Assembly (NCBI GenBank): GCA_021779795.1
Contig: JAJXZZ010000001.1
Coordinates: 1 to 40,723 of the forward strand
Direction: 5' to 3'
DNA: 40,723 bases
DNA from: Acidobacteriota bacterium
GTDB lineage: Bacteria; Acidobacteriota; Vicinamibacteria; Vicinamibacterales; Fen-181
A model generated the notes under the pieces. It made no database searches. It was not told where the DNA came from and worked only from the letters and a program-made list of their open reading frames with translations. Shown piece after piece: positions 1 to 9,553 of the stretch. The position numbers were made by a program, and so were the translations under genes. Within the stretch, counting starts at the first letter, position 1; every line of letters begins with the position of its first letter.

Positions 1-2079
1 CGCCGCCGCGCGACCGCGCAGCGCCCTGGCCGCCGAGCGCGCCGCGGCCCGGAAGCGCCACGCGCGGATCGGCGCGCTCCAGCTCGTGCGCTGGAACACC
101 GCGTCCAGGATCGGCGCGGCGTCCTCGCGCCCAGACGCCTCCACGGCGTCGATCATCGAGAGGTACGCCGGCGCCGGCACCGTCCGCACGTCCACGACGG
201 CGAACAGGCGCTCGAGGACGGCCAGGGCCCGGCCGTCCACGCGGCTCGCGAGCCAGGACAGCAGGACCTCCTGCGTTCCCGCGTCGGCGTTGGCGATGCC
301 GCGCGCCAGGATGTCCGGGGCGCGCTCGGACGACGAACCCGCGAGCGCGCCGAACGCCGCCCGGCACACCTCGTCCCGCGGGTCCGACAGGGCCGCTTCG
401 AGCGCCGGCAGGTGGTCGGCGCCCGGCGTGAGCTGCAGCAGCCGGATGGCCGCCACGCGCAGGTCGGCCGACTCGCTCTGCGAGGCGAGCAGGCGCCGCA
501 GCGGCTCGCGCCCCTGCCGCCCCATCGCCACGACCACCTGTTCGAGGCGGGCCCGCAGGTCCGGCCTCCGGTCCGCCGCCCAGCGCGCCGCAATCCCCGG
601 CACGAGAGGGACGCCGAGGCGCGAGAGCACGCGCACGAGCGCGTCGGACAGGGGAGGCTCGGCGCCCATGAGCATCTCGAGCGCGCGCTCGGCCAGCGGC
701 CCCCGCGACAGCTTCACCAGGATGTCGGCGGCGGACTCGCGCAGCATGCCGTCGATCGACTCGGACGCCATGCCGCCCACGAGCTCGACCGCGCGCGCCA
801 CGCCCGGCCAGTCGTCCTCGGCCGCGGCGTCGAGGGCCTGGGCCTGCAGGATCTCGAGCACCTTGTGCGCGCGGCCGTGCTCGGTCTCGAGGCGCACCAG
901 GTCCCCCAGGAGCCGGGAATCCAATTCCCGGACCGCTTCCTCGTCGATCGACCGCACCCACGCCGCCACCAGCTCCGGGGGCGGCGCGGCGCCCCTGGCG
1001 ACGCGGTTGGCCCGCTCCCGCACCGCGTGCAGCTCGTCCCGGTAATCGTCGGTGACGAACCGGGAGTCGGAGTACGTTTCGATGTTCCGCTCGAGCTCCG
1101 CCCACTGCCCGACGACGTTGCCGGCGAGGGTGACGCCGTGCGCCTCCCGCACGATCACCCGCCGCCGATCGGCATCCGAGACGAGGCGCGTGAAGAGGTC
1201 GACGAGGCCGGCCGGCGTGGCGCCGGCCTGTCCCATGATCTTCGACAGGATCGCCGAGACCGTGGCGTTGGACATCCGCTCGACCAGGGCGGACACGACG
1301 TCGACCTTGCCGACCATCGCCTCGGGAGTGCCCTGGCTGTCGAGGAGGCCGCGCAGGACGCCCTCGCCCAGGAACTCGCCCACTTCCGCCGCCCGGCGGA
1401 ACACCTCGTCGAACTGGTCGGGCTTCGTCCAGGTCAGCTGGGCCGCCGCCTTCAGCTCGCGCAGCACCGCGGCCACTGCCAGGGCGTCGTCCGGCGCGCT
1501 CTCGATCGCCCGGCGCAGGGCGCCGCAGGGATCGTCCAGGATCGAGCCGCCGACGCCGGCCGTCTCGAGGTAGTGGCTGATCACGCCCGCCAGTTCGATG
1601 AAATCGCCGCCCACCTGGCCGCGCAGGAGCGCGCCGAAGTCGATTTCGAGGATGGTCGGGCTCACGTGCTGCAGCGCCTTCCATCGGCGCTGGATCCCGC
1701 CCTCGTCGCGGACGTCCTCGGGCTTCCGGGCGAGGAGGGTCAGGAGCGCGCGCCAGGCCTCCGGGGTGTCCCGGCCGTCGAGGCTCAGGGCGCCGACGCC
1801 GTGCCGGTGGCAGATGTCGGCCACGTCGGCGACGGCGGTCTGGGTCGTGTCGATGGGCACCCCGCGGGCCAGCAGCGTCCTGGGCAGGATCGTCAGGCAG
1901 AGCGGGCCGTCGGCCGCGGCGGCGCGGGCCGCCGCCGCCAGCTGCTCGAGCGCCGAGACGGCCGCCCGGTGCGACGGCGGGTAGAAGCTCACCGCACGGG
2001 CCGCCGAACGGAACGCGCGCGCAAACTCCTGGACCGCCGGCTCCTGGGGAAGCCGCGTGGCGTTGGTATCAGCTGACAT
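1..2079 (-). CDS. HEAT-repeat / alpha-solenoid domain protein, 3' end runs off the window
   Basis: Manual translation from ATG at 2079 gives MSADTNATRLPQEPAVQEFARAFRSAARAVSFYPPSH..., open to base 1 (693 codons). The C-terminal part has HEAT-like units (LRVAAIRLLQL...LPALEAALSDPRDEVCRAAFGALA). Not in the ORF track because there is no stop in the window. Confidence 0.75.
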   Translation of the reverse strand, partial: MSADTNATRLPQEPAVQEFARAFRSAARAVSFYPPSHRAAVSALEQLAAAARAAAADGPLCLTILPRTLLARGVPIDTTQTAVADVADICHRHGVGALSLDGRDTPEAWRALLTLLARKPEDVRDEGGIQRRWKALQHVSPTILEIDFGALLRGQVGGDFIELAGVISHYLETAGVGGSILDDPCGALRRAIESAPDDALAVAAVLRELKAAAQLTWTKPDQFDEVFRRAAEVGEFLGEGVLRGLLDSQGTPEAMVGKVDVVSALVERMSNATVSAILSKIMGQAGATPAGLVDLFTRLVSDADRRRVIVREAHGVTLAGNVVGQWAELERNIETYSDSRFVTDDYRDELHAVRERANRVARGAAPPPELVAAWVRSIDEEAVRELDSRLLGDLVRLETEHGRAHKVLEILQAQALDAAAEDDWPGVARAVELVGGMASESIDGMLRESAADILVKLSRGPLAERALEMLMGAEPPLSDALVRVLSRLGVPLVPGIAARWAADRRPDLRARLEQVVVAMGRQGREPLRRLLASQSESADLRVAAIRLLQLTPGADHLPALEAALSDPRDEVCRAAFGALAGSSSERAPDILARGIANADAGTQEVLLSWLASRVDGRALAVLERLFAVVDVRTVPAPAYLSMIDAVEASGREDAAPILDAVFQRTSWSAPIRAWRFRAAARSAARALRGRAAA

Positions 2080-2209
2080 TGCGACGCTTGATCTCCGGGA
2101 CGGGACGCCGGAACCATCGCCGGACAGGGTCGCTCCGGCGCGGCAAACACACCGTCATCTCAGTTATCGGCGGGAAAGGGCGGGAACTGAAGGGTCCGGG
2201 GCGAAACCG

Positions 2210-2950
2210 TCAGCGTAAGTGCCGCCCGCCGTCGACCCGGATCGTCTCGCCCGTCACGAAGTCTGTCTCGGCCAGGAAGACGACGGCCCGGGCGATCTCT
2301 TCCGCGCCCCCCCACCGCCCGAGCGGCGTCGCCTTTTCCACGGCCTCGACCTCGTCGGACGGCAGCCCGGGCGGCGGGAGGATCGGCCCGGGCGCGACGG
2401 CGTTGACGAGGATCCGGTCGCCGGCCAGCTCCAGCGCGAGCGCCGAGGTCAGCCCCATCACCGCCGTCTTCGCGACGTAGTAGCCGAGATAGCCCGCGTA
2501 GCGCGGCCGCCCGCTCGCCGCCAGCCAGTCCGAGACGTTCACGATCCGGCCGCCGCCCGCGGCGCGCATGTGCGGCACGGCCGCGCGAGCGCAGCAAAAC
2601 ACCGACTTCAGGTCCACGTCGAGGCTCGCCTGCAGGTCGCCTGCCGTCATCTCGTCGAACGGAACCTGGCGGTACACCGACGCCATGTTGACGAGGACGT
2701 CGAGGCGCCCGAGGCCGGCGACCACTGCGGCGACGAGTCCCTCGCACGCCGGCGCCGACGACAGGTCCGCCTGGCGCACGAGCGCGCGCCGGCCGGCCGC
2801 GCGGATCTCGCCGGCGGCCGCCTCGGCCTCGTCGCGCGAGCGGTTGTAGGCCAGCGCCACGTCGGCGCCGCGCCGCGCCAGCTCCGCGGCGACGCACGCG
2901 CCGATCCTCTTCCCCCCGGTCAGCAGGACGACCCGGTCGCGCAGGTCCAT
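2210..2950 (-). CDS. SDR family oxidoreductase (pteridine reductase/FolM-like)
   Basis: 246 aa; N-terminal TGGKRIG Rossmann motif, VNMAS, YYVAK catalytic YxxxK, VNAVAPG, C-terminal TGETIRVDGG. Confidence 0.88.
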   Translation of the reverse strand: MDLRDRVVLLTGGKRIGACVAAELARRGADVALAYNRSRDEAEAAAGEIRAAGRRALVRQADLSSAPACEGLVAAVVAGLGRLDVLVNMASVYRQVPFDEMTAGDLQASLDVDLKSVFCCARAAVPHMRAAGGGRIVNVSDWLAASGRPRYAGYLGYYVAKTAVMGLTSALALELAGDRILVNAVAPGPILPPPGLPSDEVEAVEKATPLGRWGGAEEIARAVVFLAETDFVTGETIRVDGGRHLR

Positions 2951-2990
2951 GACGAACGCCTCCTTCCGGCGGCCTCCGGGGCCGCGAGGA

Positions 2991-5459
2991 TCAGTCGCGG
3001 TCGCCGGCCGGCCGCAGGAACGCCGCGCGCCGCGGCGGCGGCATCACCGACCGCGCGCCCTTCACCGACTTCCAGATCACCTCGTTCAGCAGCAGGTCCG
3101 GCGCGCGGTCCGGCGCGCTGAAGTCCATCGCCGCGGACTCGGCCGCCCCGGGCGCTCCCGGCCGGTTCACCTGGTCGATCGGGAACCGCGCGGGCACGGC
3201 CGTGTAGGGCCTCGTGTCGGGCTGCGCGACGAAGGCATTGTAGAGCGGCGTGGCCGCGGCGTCGTACTGGGTCATCGGCGGCAGCCCCAGCACGAGCTCG
3301 ATCGTCCGCAGCACGCCCGACGTCGTGTAGAGCGTGTGGTCCACGGCGCCACGGCGCGTGAACGGGCTCGCCACGAGCAGCACGGAGCGGTGCGCGTCCA
3401 CGTGGTCGGGCCCGTTCTGCGCGTCGTCCTCGAGGACGAAGACGGCCGACTCCTTCCAGAAGCGGCTGTGCGAGATGGCGTCGACGATCCGGCCGAGCGC
3501 GAGGTCGTTGTCGGCCACCATCGACCGGGGCGACACCGATCCGGCCCGCGTGCCGGCGGTGTGGTCGCGCGGCACCCGCATGACGGTGAGGCGCGGCAGC
3601 CGGCCCGACGCCTCGAACTCCCGGAATTCCTTCAGCCAGGCGTCGGCGCGCGACTGGTCGGAGATCGCCATGTCGAACGGCGCGAAGGTGGGGCTGATGG
3701 CGCCCACCAGGCCCGGCACCGTCGCCTTCAGCGGCGCCGTCCGGTCGCGGAAGTCGTCGCCGTGCATGACGAACTCCCCGTAGCTGCGGACCGACAGCCC
3801 CGCGCGGCGGCAGGCGTCCCAGATGTAGCCCTGCGCCGGCGCGGCCACGTTGCCGTACGCGTTGCGCATCGCGCCGCCGCCCTCGCTCAGGTAGGCGCCG
3901 CCGCGGCCCGCGTAGTTGGCCGGCCAGATCTTCTCGACCACGTCGGTGGCGTACGCCCCGGTCGAGAACGCGTGGCCGTCGTAGCTCACCTCGGCATTGA
4001 CGTAGAAGTTGTCGAACAGGGTGAACTGGCGCGCGATCGCGTGGGCGTTGGGCGTGATCCTGTCGCCGAACAGGCAGAGCGATCGGTCGCCGTCGCCCCG
4101 CGCCACGTCGCCGAGCACCTGGTCGTAGGTGCGGTTCTCCCGGATGATGTAGAAGACGTACTTGATCGGCGACGGCCGGCCCACTTCAGGCGGGATCGGC
4201 GAGACGCGCGGCGCGCCGGCCGGCGCCAGGCGCACGGCGTCCGAGTAGGGCGACAGGCGGAGTGCCTGCGCGGTCATCCGGGCCAGCTCCTCGCGCCCCG
4301 GCATCGGCAGCACCGAGAGCGCCCCTTTCAGCAGGCCCGCGATGTACCGCCCCCTGCGCCCCGTCACCGGGTTGGGCCCGTCCGGATTCGGCACCGACGC
4401 CAGTCCCTTGCCGCTCAGCACGTAGACCCGGCGTCCCGCGCGATCGAACCCGACGGCCGTGGGGTACCAGCCGGTCGGGATGAAGCCGGAAACCGTGCTG
4501 CGTCCCCTCTCCTCCACGTCCACGACGGCGACGACGTTGTTGTCGGCGTTGGCCACGAGCAGCGTCCGGCCGTCCGGCGACAGCGCCAGCCCGTTGGGGG
4601 TCGTCCCCGCCGGCGCCTCCGGGAACATCGAGACGCCGATCTGCTCTTCGGCCTTCATCGACTGCGTGTCGATCGCCCACACCGCGTTCGTGTTGGCGCA
4701 CGCGACGAACAGGCGGCCGTCGGGCGCGAGCGCCATCGCGTTCGGGTGCTCGCCGACGGCGACGCTGCCGGCCGGCTCGAGCGTCCGCGCGTCGAAGGCC
4801 AGCACCCGGGCCCCGCCCCACAGCGACACGAACAGGCGCGTCCCGTCGCGCGAGACCAGGCAGCCATACACCTCGGCCGGGAGGTCGATCGTCCGGTCGA
4901 CCACGCCCGACTCGGTGGACAGCTCGAGCACCTTCTGCTCGAGCGCCCGCGCCACGAACAGGTGCCGGCCGTCGGGGGTGAGGGCGACGCCGCCGCCCAG
5001 GGCGGTCGGCGACTTCTCGAGCGCGAAGACGCGGAGGCGCCGGAGGCGGCCCCCCTCGTAGGCGAACTCGTCCACCTCGTCGCCGCCGGTCGAGTACAGG
5101 CGTCGGCCATCGGGGTGCCAGGCGAGGCCGAGCCACGCCTGCTCCAGCGGGACGGTGGCGCGGACGGCGAACGTGCGCGCGTCCACGATGGTCAGCGAGG
5201 GCTTGTCGTAGCCGTCGTTGCTGACGATGAGGCTGGCGCCGTCGGGGCTCTGGACGAAGGCCATCGGGAGGTCGCCGACGGCGAGGTGCCGCCCGACCGG
5301 CGCGAGGCGCCAGCCGTTGGGCAGGAGCGTCGTGCCGTCGGCGCCGCGGCCCGGCCGGCGGGCCGCGTCGGCGGCGCGCTGGGCGGCGGGGACGAGTCCG
5401 AAGTAGCCGCAGCCGAACACGGCGGCGGCGGCGAGGCCGGCGATCAGGTTCTTGTTCAT
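2991..5459 (-). CDS. Secreted YncE/YVTN beta-propeller fused to a phosphoesterase (alkaline-phosphatase-like) domain
   Basis: 822 aa; N-terminal hydrophobic signal; repeated 'LSPDGRTLLVAN' propeller blades; C-terminal IKYVFYIIRENRTYDQVLGD and EDDAQNGPDHVDAHR phosphoesterase motifs. Confidence 0.85.
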   Translation of the reverse strand: MNKNLIAGLAAAAVFGCGYFGLVPAAQRAADAARRPGRGADGTTLLPNGWRLAPVGRHLAVGDLPMAFVQSPDGASLIVSNDGYDKPSLTIVDARTFAVRATVPLEQAWLGLAWHPDGRRLYSTGGDEVDEFAYEGGRLRRLRVFALEKSPTALGGGVALTPDGRHLFVARALEQKVLELSTESGVVDRTIDLPAEVYGCLVSRDGTRLFVSLWGGARVLAFDARTLEPAGSVAVGEHPNAMALAPDGRLFVACANTNAVWAIDTQSMKAEEQIGVSMFPEAPAGTTPNGLALSPDGRTLLVANADNNVVAVVDVEERGRSTVSGFIPTGWYPTAVGFDRAGRRVYVLSGKGLASVPNPDGPNPVTGRRGRYIAGLLKGALSVLPMPGREELARMTAQALRLSPYSDAVRLAPAGAPRVSPIPPEVGRPSPIKYVFYIIRENRTYDQVLGDVARGDGDRSLCLFGDRITPNAHAIARQFTLFDNFYVNAEVSYDGHAFSTGAYATDVVEKIWPANYAGRGGAYLSEGGGAMRNAYGNVAAPAQGYIWDACRRAGLSVRSYGEFVMHGDDFRDRTAPLKATVPGLVGAISPTFAPFDMAISDQSRADAWLKEFREFEASGRLPRLTVMRVPRDHTAGTRAGSVSPRSMVADNDLALGRIVDAISHSRFWKESAVFVLEDDAQNGPDHVDAHRSVLLVASPFTRRGAVDHTLYTTSGVLRTIELVLGLPPMTQYDAAATPLYNAFVAQPDTRPYTAVPARFPIDQVNRPGAPGAAESAAMDFSAPDRAPDLLLNEVIWKSVKGARSVMPPPRRAAFLRPAGDRD

Positions 5460-5488
5460 TCTCAGCGTATAGTAGTGTCGGTATCGGA

Positions 5489-8104
5489 ATGCACGTCAAG
5501 GACGGCCAGCACCCGCCCCGCTCCGAGGCCGCCGGGACGGCTGCCGACGCCGGCGCCGCCGCGGAACTCGACTCCGTTCGCCTGGGGCTCTTCGCCCGGC
5601 TGGGCAACGGCCTGCTCTGGCTGCTCGGCCACGCGACGAAGATCCTGCCCGTCCTCGTGATCGGCCTGGTCACGATCGTCTCCTGGCACGAGCTGAAGGC
5701 CATCCGGCCGCGCGAGGTGCGGGCGGCCTTCCACGCGCTCGACCCGTTCTGGCTGATGGTCGCCGCCGGCGCGACGCTGCTCAACATCGGCGTCATGGGG
5801 CTCTACGACGTGATCGCGTTCGAGCACACGCGCTCGCGCTGGCTCGAGCGCTGGCGGTACGGCGCGGTCGCGTTTGCCTGGAGCAATTTCCTGACGCTCG
5901 GGCCGCTGGCCGGCCCGGCGATCCGGTTCTGGCTCTACCGTCCGGCGGTCGACAAGCCCTCCGACCTCGAGGGGGGCGTCGTGTCGATCGCGACGGCGTT
6001 CACGGCGGGCCTCGGCGGCTGGGCGCTGGCCGCGTGGCTGCTGCCGCCGGTGAGCGACATCCGCCTCGAGGCGGCGCTCGTCGTCCTGGCGTTCGGGGCG
6101 ACGCTGGCGGGCGTGCACGTGGCCCGGGCCGTGTTCAACCGGATCGAGCGCCTGGCGGCGCCGTCGGGCGGCCGGATCGCGGCGCTGCACCTGGCGGTGG
6201 TCGGGTGGCTCGACTGGCTGCTGGCCGCGCTCGCCTTCTCGGCCTGCCTGCACGCCACGGGCGCCCCCCTCTCGGCGATCGAGTCGATCCGCACCTTCTT
6301 CTTCGGCCAGGCCGTCGGCCTGGCGAGCCTGGTGCCGGGCGGCTTCGGCAGCGCCGACGCGTTCTGGATCGCGCGCCTGCCCGTCGGCACCAGCGTCTCG
6401 ACCGCCGCGCTGCTGGCCTACCGGCTGATCTACTACGTCCTGCCGTGGGCGATGGCGTCGCTGCTGCTCCTCAGCTGGGCGACGCACCGCGCCACCAAGC
6501 GGCTCGAGCTGGCGCGGCGGCTGCTCGCCGGCCTCGTCGGCGCGGCGGGGCTGCTGATCCTGCTCAGCGCCGCGTCGCTCTCGATCCGCTCGCGGTTCAC
6601 GCTGATCAACGAGCTGCTGCCGCTGCCGGTGGTCGAAGTCTCGCACCTGGCGGCGGCGGCCACCGGGATCCTGCTGCTGATGCTCGCGCGCGGGCTGGCG
6701 CGCGGCTACCGCGCCGCGCTGGAGTGGACCGTCAGCCTGCTGCTGATGGGCGTCGTGTTCTCGATCCTCAAGGGGCTCGACTGGGAGGAGGCGGTGATCC
6801 TGGCGCTCGTCGCGGTGCTCGCCGTGTCGCAGCGCCCGCTGTTCACGAGGAAGAGCCGGGGGGACTGGATCGAGTCGCGCGACGTCGGCGTGGCGTTCCT
6901 GGCGCTGCTGCTGTTCATCGTGTTCGGCACCTTCGCCTACCGGGTGCGCCGGCCGACCGTGTCCGACATCGAGACGTTCCGCGCGACGCAGTGGGCCCAG
7001 GTCGAGCGCAACCGGTTCCTGCGATCGGCCACGACGCTGGCGCTGGCCCTCTCGGCCGGGGCGGCGTACGTCCTCATGCGCGTCCCGATCCGGTTCCGGC
7101 GGCTGGGCGAAGACGAGATCACGCGCGTGCTCGACCTGCACGCGGAGTACGGCGGCGACACCAACGCGCAGCTCGTGGCGTGCGGCGACAAGGACGTGTT
7201 CGAGGACCCGGGCCGCGGCTTCTGTCTCTACCGGACGATCGGCCCCTACCTGGTCGTGTTCGCCGACCCGGTCGTGCGGGCGCCCGGCGAGCGCAGCGCC
7301 TTCCTGAACGCGCTGTTCGAGCAGGCCGGCGGCCTCGACCGCCGCCCGGTGTTCTACCAGGTGTCGCTCGGCTGGATCCCGGCGCTGCACGACCGGGGCT
7401 ACGCCTTCTTCAAGCTGGGCGAGGAGGCGCACGTCTCGCTCGAGACGTTCTCGCTCGACGGCCGCACCGGCAAGGAGTACCGGCAGTTCCTGCGGCGGGC
7501 CGAGCGCGACCAGGTCAGCTTCCGCATCCTGCAGCCCTACGAGGTGCAGGGGGTGCTGCCCGAGCTGGCCGAGATCTCGGACGACTGGCTCGAGAGCAAG
7601 GGGGTGCGCGAGCGCCAGTTCTCGATCGGCTTCTTCGACCCCAGCTACCTGGAACGCTTCCCGTGCGCGGTCGTCGAGGACGCCGCGGGGCGCCTGGTCG
7701 CGTTCGCGAACGTCCTGCCCGGCCCGCGGCGGGAGGAGCTGTCGATCGACCTGATGCGGCACCGCCGCGACGCGCCGCGCGTGATGGACTTCATGTTCAC
7801 CTCGCTGTTCCTCTACGGCAAGGAGCGCGGCTACCGGCGGTTCAACATGGGGATGGCGCCCCTGTCGAGCGTCGGCGAGATCCGCGGCGCCTACGCGCGC
7901 GAGCGGCTGGCGAACCTGTTCTTCCAGCACGGCGAGACCTGGTACAACTTCCAGGGGCTGCGGCTCTACAAGGAGAAATTCCACCCCGAGTGGGTGCCGC
8001 GCTACATGGCGTACCAGAACGCCTGGGAGTGGCCGGTCGCCATCGCGCACGTCAGCGCCCTCATCGCGGGGGGCTGGGGGCAGGTGATCAGGGGGCGCAG
8101 GTAG
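5489..8104 (+). CDS. mprF: Bifunctional aminoacyl-phosphatidylglycerol flippase/synthase MprF
   Basis: 871 aa; many TM segments in the N-terminal half (PGGFG motif); C-terminal synthase domain with KLGEEA, SIDLMR, FNMGMAPLS, YNFQGLRLYKEKFHPEWVPRY. Confidence 0.92.
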   Translation: MHVKDGQHPPRSEAAGTAADAGAAAELDSVRLGLFARLGNGLLWLLGHATKILPVLVIGLVTIVSWHELKAIRPREVRAAFHALDPFWLMVAAGATLLNIGVMGLYDVIAFEHTRSRWLERWRYGAVAFAWSNFLTLGPLAGPAIRFWLYRPAVDKPSDLEGGVVSIATAFTAGLGGWALAAWLLPPVSDIRLEAALVVLAFGATLAGVHVARAVFNRIERLAAPSGGRIAALHLAVVGWLDWLLAALAFSACLHATGAPLSAIESIRTFFFGQAVGLASLVPGGFGSADAFWIARLPVGTSVSTAALLAYRLIYYVLPWAMASLLLLSWATHRATKRLELARRLLAGLVGAAGLLILLSAASLSIRSRFTLINELLPLPVVEVSHLAAAATGILLLMLARGLARGYRAALEWTVSLLLMGVVFSILKGLDWEEAVILALVAVLAVSQRPLFTRKSRGDWIESRDVGVAFLALLLFIVFGTFAYRVRRPTVSDIETFRATQWAQVERNRFLRSATTLALALSAGAAYVLMRVPIRFRRLGEDEITRVLDLHAEYGGDTNAQLVACGDKDVFEDPGRGFCLYRTIGPYLVVFADPVVRAPGERSAFLNALFEQAGGLDRRPVFYQVSLGWIPALHDRGYAFFKLGEEAHVSLETFSLDGRTGKEYRQFLRRAERDQVSFRILQPYEVQGVLPELAEISDDWLESKGVRERQFSIGFFDPSYLERFPCAVVEDAAGRLVAFANVLPGPRREELSIDLMRHRRDAPRVMDFMFTSLFLYGKERGYRRFNMGMAPLSSVGEIRGAYARERLANLFFQHGETWYNFQGLRLYKEKFHPEWVPRYMAYQNAWEWPVAIAHVSALIAGGWGQVIRGRR

Positions 8105-8120
8105 CATCCCATGGACCCCG

Positions 8121-8180
8121 AGGCTCGAGGCCCAAGCTTTAGGCCTTGAGCCTCACCTGAGCCTTGAGCCCTGAGCCCTT
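8121..8180. repeat. Heptamer array (TGAGCCY) with a short inverted copy, between convergent genes
   Basis: AGGCTCG/AGGCCCA followed by several TGAGCCT/TGAGCCC units ending at the response-regulator stop codon. Confidence 0.7.
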
Positions 8181-9539
8181 TTACTGCCCCTCTCCCTCCT
8201 TGAGGTCCAGCCCGAACCGTTCCGCCATCCGGTAGAGCGTGCGGCGGTCGATGCCCATGATCTCGGCGGCCTTCGTCCGGTTGCCGCCGACGCTCTCCAG
8301 CACGTGCAGCAGGTAGCGCCGCTCGATCTCGTCCAGCGTCGGCAGGCCGCTGAACAGGCGCTCGCCGAGGTCGGGCGGCGCGCCGAGGAAGGCCGGCGGC
8401 AGGTCGCCGGCGTCGATGACGGCGCCGCGGCTGAAGAGCACCAGGCGCTCGACCGTGTTCTCCAGCTCGCGGACGTTGCCCGGCCAGGCATAGGCGGTGA
8501 GCGCCTCGAGGGCGGCGGGCGAGAACTCCACCTGGCGGCCGGCGCGCGTGCAGGCGTTCAGGAGGAACTGGCCGACCAGCAGCGGGATGTCCGCCCGGCG
8601 CTCGCGCAGCGGCGGCACGCGGATGGAGATCACGCTCAGGCGGTAGAACAGGTCCTGGCGGAACCGCTGCTCGGCCACTTCCTTCTCGAGGTCCACGTTG
8701 GTGGCGGCCACGACGCGCACGTCCACGCGGGTGGGCCGGCCGGCGCCGACCGCCCGGAACTCCCCCTCCTCGAGCACGCGCAGGAGCTTCACCTGCAGGG
8801 CGGGCGACGTCTCGCCGATCTCGTCGAGGAAGACGGTCCCGCCGTTGGCCTGCTCGAAGATCCCCTTGGTGTCGCTCACCGCGCCGGTGAACGAGCCGCG
8901 GACGTGGCCGAACAGCTCCGACTCGAGCAGGCTCTCGGCGATGGCGCCGCAGTTGACCGGGACGAACGGCCGGGGCGCCCGGCGGCCGTGGGCGTGGACG
9001 GCGCGGGCCACCAGTTCCTTGCCCGTGCCGCTCTCGCCGACGATCAGCACCGGCACGGCGGCGTCGGCGGCGTGCGCGATCTGCTTGTAGACGGCGAGCA
9101 TGGGCGCCGTGCGCCCGAGCAGCGCGGGCGGCCGGATGTCGCGCGGCGACGCCGCCCGGGGGCCGGCCGGCGTGCCCGCCTGGACGAGCGCCCGCTCGAC
9201 GGTCGCCTTGACCTCGTTGATGTCGAACGGCTTGCTGATGTAGTCGAAGGCGCCGGCCCGGACCGCGTCGATGGCCGTCTCGAGCGTGCCGAAGCCGCTG
9301 ATGAGCAGCACCTGGCCGCGCGGGTTCGACGCCCGGAAGGCGCGCAGGATGTCGAGGCCCGACTGCTCGGCGTTCAAGTTGATGTCCGAGATCACCAGGT
9401 CGAAGGGGTGCGCCTTCACGAGGGCGAGCGCCGACGCCGGGTCGTAGGCCGACTCGATCTCGCGGCCGGGCCTGTCGAGCAGGTCCGCCATGAACCGGCA
9501 GGTCTCGCGGTCGTCGTCCACGATCAGGATTCTCGGCAT
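8181..9539 (-). CDS. Sigma54-dependent response regulator (NtrC/AtoC family: REC-AAA+-HTH)
   Basis: Real start [10 protein letters not shown] at 9539 (the longer track ORF is a shadow extension). REC domain; GESGTGKE Walker A; GSFTGA loop; FLDEIG Walker [11 protein letters not shown]; Fis-type HTH. Confidence 0.93.
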   Translation of the reverse strand: MPRILIVDDDRETCRFMADLLDRPGREIESAYDPASALALVKAHPFDLVISDINLNAEQSGLDILRAFRASNPRGQVLLISGFGTLETAIDAVRAGAFDYISKPFDINEVKATVERALVQAGTPAGPRAASPRDIRPPALLGRTAPMLAVYKQIAHAADAAVPVLIVGESGTGKELVARAVHAHGRRAPRPFVPVNCGAIAESLLESELFGHVRGSFTGAVSDTKGIFEQANGGTVFLDEIGETSPALQVKLLRVLEEGEFRAVGAGRPTRVDVRVVAATNVDLEKEVAEQRFRQDLFYRLSVISIRVPPLRERRADIPLLVGQFLLNACTRAGRQVEFSPAALEALTAYAWPGNVRELENTVERLVLFSRGAVIDAGDLPPAFLGAPPDLGERLFSGLPTLDEIERRYLLHVLESVGGNRTKAAEIMGIDRRTLYRMAERFGLDLKEGEGQ

Positions 9540-9553
9540 AGCGTCCCTGCGGC

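Noticed and set aside
2080..2209. c-di-GMP-I riboswitch (GGCAAAC/GGCGAAACC-like words)
   Set aside because: On the wrong strand for the downstream gene, and the GAAA tetraloop/receptor stems could not be built.
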